Below the pieces are notes generated by a model. That model saw nothing but the letters and a program-made list of their open reading frames with translations, did not search any database and had not been told where the DNA came from. This document shows positions 1 to 11,756 of a stretch of 64,000 nt of DNA, one piece after another. The translations under genes and the position numbers were made by a program. The DNA is taken from NCBI RefSeq assembly GCF_009914755.1, contig NC_060936.1. The stretch is one strand, 5' to 3'. The first letter of the stretch is position 1. Each line of letters begins with the position of its first letter. Source of the stretch: the human T2T-CHM13v2.0 reference genome, Homo sapiens.

Positions 1-264
1 GCACCATGGCTACAGAGGCACTTTAGTCTTGTGCCAGAGATTGAAGCATCTTATCTGGAGTGGGGTGGGGGCCTCCACAGCCAGAACTGTAAAAAAGTGT
101 CTCAGCAGTAGTCTCTGGAATTGTGCTCTCTCCCATCACAGGCAGGAGGAGAGCTGCTACAGTTGCGGTTTCTTCTGAGCAGCAAGACTTGCAGCCAGGG
201 CCAGCTTGGCAATCTGGAACTGATCTGTGTGTGCCATTGCTGAGTGCCCCATCCTCCTCCCCTG

Positions 265-1000
265 AGATCGTGGTGCAACAGAGCCCTCCCTGCTCCATTC
301 CTAGGCAGAAATCTGGGTATTTGGAACACCTGCTTGCCTGGACCGGTGGTCTGAGCCACACCACCCTTCCTTGATGTATATGGTGGTACAGAGAGGGTCT
401 CTGTGCTCCATGCCCAAGCAGATTTCTAGGCATTCAGAGCGCTCATTCACCTGGTTCAGCAGCCTGAGCCACCTACCCTCCTTGTGCAAAGACTGGTACA
501 GAGGGACCCTCTCTGCTACATGCCCAGGAAGATCTCCAGGCATTCAGAGCGCCTGCTTGCTTAGTTCAGCAGCCAGAGTCACCCCACCCCTCATGTGCAG
601 AGATCTTTGTGCAGCGGGGCTCTCTCTGCTCCACACCCAAGAAGATCTCTAGACTTTTGGGGCATTGCTCACCAGGACCACCAAGACTGTCCAAAGATCT
701 TGGTGCAAGGAATCCCTCTCTGTTCACACTCAGGCAGATCACCAGACATTCTGAGCATACAGTCATCTGGTTCAGCAGCCTGAGCTGCCCCACCATTTAT
801 GGACATAGATCATGGTATAGTAAGACCCTTTCTGCTCCATGCTCAGGCAAATCTCCAGGCATTTAGAATACCTGCTTGCCTGGTGTGGCAACCTGGGTTG
901 CACAACCCCTTCTGTTCGTAGATATTGGTGCAGGAAGGCCCTCTCTGCTCCACACCCAGGAAGATCTGCAGGCATCTGAAGCACCCACTCTCCTGGATTA
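265..1000 (+). repeat. About 7 diverged tandem ~110 bp units in the L1 5'UTR
   Basis: The core tggtgcag...ctctctgctccaYRcccaggcagatctccaggcatt recurs near 285, 400, 510, 623, 717, 830 and 942. Confidence 0.85.
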
Positions 1001-2776
1001 GGAACCTGGAACACAGAACTTGGAGCAAAGGTGGTTTCCTGACTCCACATTTAGACACACTTCTGGGTGCCTGGTAGCCACCCACTGGATTCTCACTTGA
1101 TACTGGTGCTTGTGCCTGCATCAGGGGACCTCCAGGCAGACCTGCCCAACTGGTCCCACCCTTTATGGCTCCTACCCCCACAGTGCTGAGCAGGGACCTC
1201 AGACCAATGTGTATTCTATGAATCAACCCATTGCCTGGGCAACAGAGAACTTCCACTTCTAAATACAGATACCAGCCACTTTGACCACAGCTGGCTGTTA
1301 TCTACAGGCTTGTAGGACAAACTTCACAGCCCAATATAAAACCTGTTGAAAGAAGTGCATACTGCTATAGAAGAAAAACTGAAAGACCCTCCTCAGCATT
1401 CTTCACAGTCACACCCCATAAAGCACGTAAGGGAAAGAGAATAATAGTAATGACATTATAAGGAAAGAAAGATAAAGGAAAAGTCCTACCTGTATGAAAA
1501 AAAATACAAAAATTAGAAGTGCCAGTGTCTCCAGGTGAGAAGCAACCAGCACAAGAATTCTAGCACCATGAAAAAACCTGAATGTAGTGAAACCACCAAA
1601 AGATTGAGCTACCTCTCCAGCAATGGTCCCTAGCCAAAATGGAAACTCAGAAATAATAAATAAAAATTCAAAGCGTGGATTGCAAGGAAGCTCATTCAGA
1701 TCCAAGACAAGGTTGAAAATCAACAAAAGGAAATTTCTAAAGCAACCCAGGAAATGAACAAAAAGATAAACATCTTAAAAAGAAATCAATCAGAGCTTCT
1801 GGAATTGAAAAACTCACGTAAAGAATTCCAAAATACAAATGAAATCTTTATCAATAGACTGAACCAAGCAGAAGAAAGAATTTCAGAGATTGAAGAGTGG
1901 TCTTTTGAACTAACCCAATATGGCAAAAATAAATATGAAGAATTTTAAAAATGAGCAGTCCTCATGAAATATGGGATTATGTAAGAGGACTAAATGTATG
2001 AATTATTGGCATTCCTGAGAGAGAAGGAAAAAAACAAACAACCTGGAAAATATAGTTGAAAGAATAATTCAAGTAACATGCCTAATCTAGCTAGGAAGAT
2101 AGATGTCCAGATACAAGACATTCAGAGAATACCTGTGAGATACTATGCAAAACAAATATCAAGCCATGTAGACTACAAACCATGTAGTCACCAGATTGAG
2201 CAAGGTCAACGCTAAAGAAAAAATCTTAAAGACTGCTAGAGGTTTTCCTTAGGCAAAGATCTTAAGATCTTTCCTTAGGTAAAGATCTTAAAGATCTGCT
2301 AGAGGACAGATCATGTACAAAGAGAACCCCATCAGGCTAATAGAGGACTTATCACCAGAAACCTTACAAGCCAGGAGAGACTGGGGGCCTATTTTCAGCA
2401 TTCTTAAAGAAAAGAAATTCCAACCAAGAATTCTATATCTCAACAAAGGTTTATAAGTGAAAGATAAATAAAATATTTTCCAGACAAACAAGTCCTAGGG
2501 GAATTCATTACCACTAGACCAGCCTTAAGAGAGATCCTTAAGGGAGTTCTAAACATGGAAATGAAAGAACGATACCTGTAACCGCAAAAACACACTTAAG
2601 TACATAGCCTGCAGACCATATAAAGCAACTACACAATAGAAACTACAAAGCAACCAGCTAACAACCTCATGGTAGGATCAAAGCCTCACTTATCAATATT
2701 AACCTTAAATTTTAATGGTCTCAATGCACGACCTAAAAGACACAGAGCTGCAAGGTTGATAAAAATACAAGACTCA

Positions 2777-3718
2777 CTTCTTATCCAAGAAAACACCAAA
2801 TAGCAGATGACGCTGGTGGAGCGAGGGGGCCCGGAGGACTCGGGGGCCCTGGGATGGGGAACCACAGTGGCTTTCGTGGAGGTTTTGGCAGTGGCATCTG
2901 GGCTGTGGTCACAGCCATGGACAGAGCTGGGGCTGAGGCCACGGAGCTCACTGAGGCAAGGCCGAGGATGAGTGGATGCCCGTCACCGAGCTGGACCTCC
3001 TAGTCAAGGACATGAAGATCAAGTCCCTGGAGGAGATCTACCTCTTCTCCCTGCCCATCAAAGAATCAGATATCATTGACTTTTTCTTGGGGGCCTCTCT
3101 CAAGAACAAGGATTTGAAGATTATGATGGTGCAGAAGCAGACCCACGTCGGCCAGCACACCAAGTTCAAGGTGTTTGTTGCCATTGGGGACTACAATGGC
3201 CACATCGGTCTGGGTGTTAAGTGCTCCAAGGAGGTGGCCACTGCCATCTGCGGGGCCATCATCCTGGCCAAGCTCTCCATTGTCCCTGTGTGCAGAGGCT
3301 ACAGGGGTAACAAGATCTGCAAGCCCCACACTGTCCCTTGCAAGGTGACAGACCGCTGCAGCTCTGTGCTGGTGCACCTCATCCCTGAGTCCAGGAACAT
3401 TGGCATCATCTCAGCCCCTGTGCCCAAGAAGCTGCTCATGATGGCTGGTATCAATGACTGCTACACCTTAGCCAGGGGCTGCACTGCCACCCTGGGCAAC
3501 TTTTCCAAGGCCACCTTTGATGCCATCTCTAAGACCTACAGCTACCTGACCCCCAACCTCCGGAAGGAGACTGTATTCACCATGTCTCCCTATCAGGAAT
3601 TCACTGAGCACTTCTTCAAGACCCACACCAGAGTCTCCATGCAGAGGACTGAGGCTCCAGCTGTGGCTACAACATAGGATTTTTATACAAGAAAAATAAA
3701 GTGAATTAAGCCTGAAAA
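2777..3718 (+). pseudogene. RPS2P: Full-length processed pseudogene of ribosomal protein S2 (uS5), nested in an L1
   Basis: Intronless. Starts with a TOP-like cttcttatcc and the RPS2 5'UTR; the start codon has changed to ATA (2800-2802) and the RGG-rich N-terminus is frameshifted. ORF 2976..3677 matches RPS2 from MPVT to APAVATT*. AATAAA at 3695-3700, short A tail, and a 16 bp TSD aaaaatacaag(a/g)ctca at 2761-2776 and 3719-3734. I do not know the locus number. Confidence 0.96.
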
Positions 3719-3850
3719 AAAAATACAAGGCTCATCAGTCTGCTGTGTTCATGAAACCCATCTTACGTGTAAAGACACCCACAGGCTCAAAGTACAGGGT
3801 TGGAGAAAGATCTACCATGCAAACAGAGAAGAAATAAAAGCAGCGGTCAC

Positions 3851-3982
3851 AGCCCAGGTGCTGTGGCTCACACCTCTAATCCCAGCATTTTGGGAGGCCA
3901 AGGCAGGCAGATCACTTGAGCCCAAGATTTCAAAACAAGCCTGGACAACATAGGAAGGCCCCATCCTTTAAATAATAAACAA
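3851..3982 (+). mobile_element. Free left Alu monomer (FLAM-type) inserted in the L1 endonuclease region
   Basis: A single Alu left arm with an A-rich tail. 15 bp TSD aaaagcag(c/g)ggtcac at 3836-3850 and 3983-3997. Confidence 0.88.
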
Positions 3983-6900
3983 AAAAGCAGGGGTCACTAT
4001 TCTTCTATCTGATAAAACATACTTTAAGCCAACAACAGTAAAAAAAAGACAAAGAAGGCCATTACGTAATGATAAAGGGTTCAATTCAACAAGAAGTCTT
4101 GACTCTCATAAATATGTATGCATCAACTTTGGAGCAACCAGATTTATAAGCCTGCTAAAAGACTTAGACAGCCACACAATAATGGTAGGGGTCTTCAACC
4201 CCCAACTGACAGCAGTAGACAGGTCATGAAGGCAGCAAACTAACAAAGAAACTCTGAACTTAAACTCAACACTTGACCAACTAGACCTAATGAAGGTCTA
4301 GAAAACACTCAACCCACAAACCACAGAGTATGCATTCTTCTTATCTGCACATGGAACATACTCCAAGATTGACCACATGCTCTACCATAAAGTAAGTCTC
4401 AATGAAATAAATATCAAATCAACCATACTCTCAAACCACAATAGAATAAAAATAGAAATCAATACCAAGAAAATCTCTTAAAACTACACAATTACATGGA
4501 AAGTAAATAATTTGATCCTGAATGACTTTTGGGTAAACAATGAAATCAAGGCAGAAATTTAAAAATTATTTGAAATAAATGAAAACAGAGACACAACATA
4601 CCAAAATCTCTGGGATTCAGCAAAAGCAGTATTAAGAGGAAAGTTTATAGTGCTAAATGCTTACCTCAAAGAGTTAGAAAGATCTCAAATTAACGATCTA
4701 ATATCACATCTAGAGGAACTAGAAAAACAAGAACAAACTAACCCCAAAGTTCTCAGAAGAAAAGAAAGAACTAAAATTAGGGCAGATATTGAGAATCAAA
4801 TTGAGACCCAAAAATTCATACAAAGTATCAACAAAACTAAAAGTTGGTTCTTTGAAAGGATAAACAAGATCAATACACTAGATTAACAAAGAAAAGAAGA
4901 GAGAAGATCCAAATAAGCACAATCAGAAATGACAAAGAATGACATTACAACTGATCCCACCAAAATACAGAAAATCCTTGGAGACCATTATGAACCTCTC
5001 TACACACAAAAACTAGAAAATCTAGAGGAAATGATAAATTCTGGGAAACACACAATTTCCCATGATTAAATCAAGAAGAAATTGAAACATTGAACAGACC
5101 AACATCAAGTTCTGAAATTGAATCAGTAATAAAATAAAAACTACCAACCAATAAAAGCCCCAGACCAGAGGGATTTACAGCCAAATTCTACCAGATGTAC
5201 AAAAAGCTGGTACCAATTTTACTGCACCTATTTCAAAAAATCAAGAAGGGAGTCCCTTCTAACACATTCTACAAAGCCAGCATCAGGCCAATACCAAAAC
5301 CTGGCAAAGACACAATGAAAAAAAGAAAATTGCAGGCCAACATTCCTGATGAACATAGATGCAAAAATCTTCAACAAAATGCTAGCATACTGAATTCAGA
5401 AACACATCAAAAAGCTAATTCACCATGATCAAGTAGACTTCATTCCTGGAATGCAAGGCTGATTCAATGTACACAAATCAATAAATGTGACTCACCACAT
5501 AAAGAATTAAAAACAAAAACAATATGATTATCTCAGACACAGGGAAAGCTTTTGATAAAATCCAACAATTTTTTGTGATAAAAACCCTCAAGAAACTAGG
5601 CATCAAAGGAACATACTTCAAAATAATAAAAGCAATCTATGACAAACCCACAGTCAGCATCATACTGAATGGGCAAAAATTGGAATCATTCCCCTTGAGA
5701 AATGGAACAAAACAAGGATGCCCACTCTCACCACTCCTATTCAACATAGTACTGGAATTGGTAGCCAGAGCAATCAGGCAACAGAAAGAAATAAAAGGCA
5801 ACCAAATAGGAAAAGAAGTCAAACTATCTCTCTTCATGGACAATATGATTCTATACATTGACAACCCTAAAGACTCCACCAAAAGCCTCTTGGAACTGAT
5901 AAATGACTTCAGCGAAGTTTCAGGATACAAAATCAATGTACAAAAATTAGTAGCAGTTTTATACACCAATAGCATTCAAGCTGAGGGCCAAAACAAAAAT
6001 GCAATCCGATTTACAATAGCCACACACACAAAAAAATACCTGGAAGTACATCTAAACAAAAGAAGAACTACAAAACACTGCAAAAAGAAATCAGATGACA
6101 CACACAAATGAAAAAACATTCCATGCTCATAGATTAGAAGAATCAATATCATTAAATTGGCCATGCTGCCCAAAGCAATCTACACTTTTAATACTACTCC
6201 TATCAAGCTACCAACATCATTTTTCACAGAGCTAGAAAAAAAACTATTCTAAAATTTATACAGACCAAAAAAGAGCCCAAATAGTCTAAGCAATCCTAAA
6301 AAGAAAGAACAAAGCCAGAGGCATCACATTACACAACTTCAAACTACACTATATGCTACAGTACCAAAACAGCATGGTACTCTTACGAAAAGAGACACGT
6401 AGACCAATGGAACAGAATAGAGAACCCATAAATAAAGCCTATGCCATCTGATGTGTAGAACACCTAAAGCCATCTGATCTTTGACAAAGTTGACAAAAAT
6501 AAGCAACAGGGAAATAATTGCCTATTCAGCAATAAATAGGACTGGGATAGCTTTCCAGCCATATGCAGAAGAATGAAACTGGATCCCATATACTACAATT
6601 AACTGTATACAAAAATTAACTGAAAATTGATTAAAAATTTAAACATAAGACTTCAAACTATAAGAATTCTAGAAGAAAACCTAGGAAACACCAATCTGGA
6701 CATCGGCCTGGGGAAAGTATTGATGACTAAATTCTCAAAAGCAATTTTAACAAAAACAAAAAATGACAAGTGGACCTAATTAAACTAAAGAGCTTCTGCA
6801 CACCGAAAGAAACTATCAACAGAGTAAACAGACAACCTAAAGACAGGGAGAAAATGTTCACAAACTGCACCTGACAAAGGTCTAATATCTAGAATTCACA

Positions 6901-7830
6901 TGAAACTTAAACAATTGAACAAGCAAAAAACAAATAATCCCATTAAAAATAGGCAAAATACATGAACAGACACGCCTCAAAAGAAGACACACAAGAAACA
7001 TGAAAAGATGCTCATCATCACTAATCATCAGAGAAACGCAAAACAAAACCACAATGAGATAGCATCTCACACCAGTCAGAACGGCTGTGACTAAAACATC
7101 AGTAAACAACAGATGTTGGCGAGGCTGTGGAGAAAAGGGAATGTTCCTACACTGTTGGTGGGAATGTAAATCAGCTCTGCCAATACAGAAAGTAGTTTTG
7201 AGATTTCTCAAAGAAGTTAAAACAGAAGTGTCATTTGACCATGCAGTCTCATTAATGAGTATATATCAAAAAAAAAAAAAATTCTACCAAAAAGACACAT
7301 GTACTCACATGTTCATCACAGCACTATTTGTGATAACAACATCAAGGAATCAACCTAGGGGCCTATCAGCAGTGGAATGGATAAAGAAAATATGGCACAT
7401 ATAGACTATGGAATACTATGCAGCCATAGAAGAGAACAAAATTATGTCCTTTTCTGCAACATGGATGCAGCTGAAGGCCATTATCCTAAGCAAATTAACA
7501 CAGGAACAGAAAACCAAGTCCTGACCATTCTCACTTATAAGTGGCAGATAAACATCCAGTACTCACGGACATAAAGATGGCAACAACAGACAATGGGGAC
7601 TACTCAAGGGGAGAGGGAGAGGGTGGGGCAAGGTTTGAAAAACTAACTGTTGGCTACTGTGATTAATACCTAGGTAATGGGATCATTTGTATCCCAAACC
7701 TCAGCATCACACAATATATCCAGATAACAAACCTGTGTATGTACCCCCAAATCAAAACTAAAAATTGAAAAAGAAAAAAAAAGTTTTAAAGGCAAATCCT
7801 CCATTGATATACTTACTTTGTTACATATAA

Positions 7831-8147
7831 CGCCATAGACAATTTATTCCCCTCCCCCGCCCAAATTTGTTTGCCGAAACGTAATCCCCAATGTGACAAT
7901 ATTTGAAGGTAAAGCCTTCAGGAGGTTATTTGTTCCCTTATAAAGGAGGCCCCAGAGAGATCCTCCTCCCCTCCCACCATGTGATGACACAGCAAAATGA
8001 TGACCATCTATAAACCATCATGCACCAAATCTAATAGTGCCTTGATCTTTGACTTCCCAGCTCCCAGAGCTGTGAAAGATAAATTTCTGTTGTTTATAAG
8101 CTATCTAGTCCATGTTTTTTTTATAGCTGGCTGAACAAACTATAATA
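7831..8147 (+). mobile_element. MaLR solo LTR (MLT1A-like)
   Basis: Typical MLT1 motifs: taatccccaatgtgac, ccaccatgtgatgacacagc, gccttgatctttgacttcccag, ataaatttctgttgtttataagc. Confidence 0.85.
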
Positions 8148-11100
8148 GATGACTTATAAGTAGTTTTCACACTGGCCTTATTCCACAGACCAGTCTTTGA
8201 ATAGTAATGACTAAAAAAATTAGGACTTTTTGTCTCTCAATGGGTTCTATAATTAGCAACCACAATAATGTTTCAAGTACCCAAAAAATGTCATATAATG
8301 CAATCACTTAAAATGAATATAAGCAAAGAATATTTACTGATGTGCTGAGTTTCTTCCATACATTAATGGGAAAAAGCATATTAGAAAACAGTATGATCCC
8401 ACTTTTATTAAAGAACAAGAGCAGGTTTAAAGAGTCAGAAAGTATAATAGTGGTTACTTCTGGGTAATGGACTTATAAGGATTTTTTTTCCTTTGTTGTT
8501 TATGTTTCATTAGCTATATATGCTAATTTTGTACAGTGGTCATATATTTCTTTTATCTAAATATTAGGACTCATTGAAATGGATTACTATTTTAAAATTG
8601 ATTATTCATTCAATATTTTTATATTTCAATCTAGGGTCTGTTACTGAGTCCCTAAGTGCTTTTATAAATGGCTGGATAGGCACCTCTGTAAATAAAGTAC
8701 GTAGCCTTAGAGGCTGAAACAATGTAAGTGCACAGGAAACATTTATTGTAAGAAAATGAAAGAAGTGAAGTTCTTTGGTTCTTATTTTTAAAGCATTATG
8801 TGTCAAAAATGTATTTGGTTGAGTGTCATCAATTTCATGTGGCCTAACCTAATGTTAAGTGGAGTTACAGCTAAGTAAAATGTTCTGTCCCGCTTTGAGT
8901 TAACAATCAATCATGTGCTTACACTAAATGGTGGATAATCATTACTTTTATTTATTTTATAAAAATGTAGTTTGGTATCTCCATTTAGAAAAAAAATTAC
9001 TTCATTAAAATGAATCAACTTAAATTGACATGGGCTTGTTACTCTAAATTTCTACTTGATTTCCTTATTGTAAATTATCTTCAATAAATTAATCCTTATC
9101 TCCCTAGGCCAGGTCTTTGACATGTCTGGAACAAAACTCAGCCAAATATTAAAATGGGAGGACAGAAACAGTTCAACTGAAACATATTAGCAAAATCTAA
9201 GTTGGATGAATTTATGCTTTTTAGGATGCAGAGCACTCATGAAATTGACATTTGTAAAGCAGCATTTGTAGCATATTGATTAAAAATATTCAATATATGG
9301 ATTTTTTAAACAGTGAACCACTCATTACTCTAATGCCTCATTAATATGGTGTCAATCTATTCAGAACAATGCATAATAGCAGTGCACTTTCTCAGCATGT
9401 TATTCTATTGTTCAATTTGAAAAACAACAACAACAACAAATAATCTCAAGCCTTTTCCTTAAATGTTGGGGGTTTGTTTTTCAAATTATATGGGTTTTGT
9501 GGTACTAGAAGTTCAAATTTTACTAATGTAAACTACATTTCTCTAACTAAAGAATCATGGTCAATGTAGAGAAAATTATTATTATAGAAGAAATTGAATC
9601 AGAAAAACACCTTTCAAAACCTCCTAATTCCCTGCCCTGTCCACAAAAGAGATGGAAGGCAAGGAGGTCACCACAAGACACTCAGAGCAGCATTTGCTGC
9701 AGCAACTAAAATAATGGGAGACTCATTCCGTTCTTCCTTATTTACCTGGAAATATAAGTAGGAAAAGATATTTTATTTTATAATTAAAATATTTTATTCT
9801 AATATTTGCTAGGGACAGGAAGATAGAATAGGGAGGAAGGCAAATATATGATGCCCGATGGATTCTTTGGAATAAAATTCCATAGGGAATGTTCCTAGTA
9901 TTAGGAAAAATCATTTTTAACATATAGTAAGCAAGTTACTTGGGATGTCATAAGTAGGATAGAAGTCATATGAAAGTTATAATAGAAGTCCTTTTTTCTT
10001 AGGGTAAATAAATATAAGTAGGAAAAGATATTAATTTTTTTATTTATTAAAATATTTTATTTATATAAAATAAAAGTAGGAAAAGATACCCTCAAAATTC
10101 ATCTCACTGTGCCAGCAGGGAGCCGTTGAGGAAAAGTCTATTTTCAGTAGGGAAGCTTGGAAAGAGCTGGCCAAGTTGCAATTCTCTCAAGAAAGTAACA
10201 CCTGCAGAGAGCACACATTACTCATATTTGGGATACTCATGACACATCATCTAGCCCCCTCCTCCCTGCATGTTAGCACACGGTGAGCACACCCACTTTC
10301 CAGTGACTTCTTGGTGTTTTGCTTACAGAAGCCTACATTCAGCATATGAATCATCTAGCCCTCCGCAAGAGGCTGCCTGGAAAGAATAAGGTTTTAGAGA
10401 ACCAGCCCTATGGATTGATCATTGGTTCTGACCACACAACTATTATGACAAGTGAAATAGAATAACAACAAACGGCTATGATTTTTGTCTTTGTGGATGG
10501 ATTTCATGGGGGGGAGGGCAGCAGTAGAAAGTATAAATGACATGAAAGAAAGAATATTAAGCTCCAAAATTGTGCTTAAGTAAATCTGGAATAAAAAACT
10601 GCAGCAGGTTCTTATTGCTCAATTCCAGCCCATTTGCAGAGAATAAAAAGGCAAAGCAATGTGGGTGAAAAGCAAGGAATTTGCCACCTTAGCTTTGAAT
10701 ACTATTTCATTTATGAGTTTAACTGTTTCCCCACCAGCCTTCACTAATTTCACTTGATCTCCATCAAGAAAGATGGAGAAGGTTTTGATGAGCAAGGCAG
10801 CACTGACAAAATTAGATGTAGGATTAAAAAAGAAAACCAATCCACAATGTAATGAATTACTAAATTTAAAGACAACTAGTGAATTCCTGGGCAAGCATGA
10901 TGGATGCATTCAAACATAGATTCTTGAATTTGCCACAATCCTATGCCCCATAGCTATGACTTTTCACCAAAAAGCAAATTTTTAAGAGCCAAATTTGCCA
11001 TCGATGTGAGTGGGTTGCATCTTATAGTCTTGAACAAAAAGGACAATTATAGGTACATTGAGTTCCTGGTTCCTTGGAAACTAATGGTTTCATTCTCTGC

Positions 11101-11608
11101 AGATTGATCACGTCAAATTCATCAGGTTCATTTCCAAAAATAAAAATCCCCTGTATGAGGGAAATTGTGGATTTCATGTCAGTCTTCTCAGGAAATATTT
11201 ATTTTATTTCAAAATATAATTCCAGTTGATCTGCCTAGCAGAAACAAGTGAAATTGCTTCTGTTATCATTGAGATAGAGTGATTTCCATTTTCAAATATT
11301 CCAAATGGCATTTACTTGTGGTAACTGTAATAATAGAGTAATACATTTACAGCAATGTGATAGCAATATAGAACTACTCTGAAACACATGCTGTATATCT
11401 CATTTCTTTAGCCTATAAGATATCAAAATGCCAAACATTACATACATATGTAATTCTCCTACTTACCACATTCCAGGTAACTTGCTTACACTGTATGTTA
11501 AAAATGATTTTTTCCTAATACTAGGAACTTTCCCTATGGAATCTTATTCAAAAGAATCCACCTGGCATTATATATTTGCCTTCTTCTCTGTTCTATCTTC
11601 CTGTTCCT

Positions 11609-11642
<34 letters not shown>

Positions 11643-11756
11643 CACCGATTGAGAAGGAAGTGTGGTAAGGAACAGAAAATAGCATCATCTGTCTTCACTT
11701 ACAGAAAGGCCTTGCACTGTAAGTATTCATCAGACATTTGTTGGATGTTTTCCATA

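Larger units (their letters stand above)
1..7782 (+). mobile_element. Near full-length old primate LINE-1 (L1PA15-17-like), interrupted by the RPS2 retrocopy and a FLAM
   Basis: GC-rich repetitive 5'UTR, degraded ORF1 (~1535-2600; ORF 1754..1948), ORF2 ATG at 2669, EN/RT fragments (ORFs 4650, 5195, 5524, 7087), 3'UTR aaactaactgttgg...ccaaacctcagcatcac, and an A-rich tail to ~7782. The 5' end probably lies before the window. Confidence 0.92.

Noticed and set aside
265-1000. CRISPR-like array
   Set aside because: The units are diverged along their whole length with no unique spacers, and the context is a eukaryotic L1 with no cas genes.
23-1256. Cluster of overlapping 60-137 aa ORFs on both strands, with internally repeated peptides
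   Set aside because: They come from the GC-rich tandem units of the L1 5'UTR; there is no splice or homology evidence for a gene.
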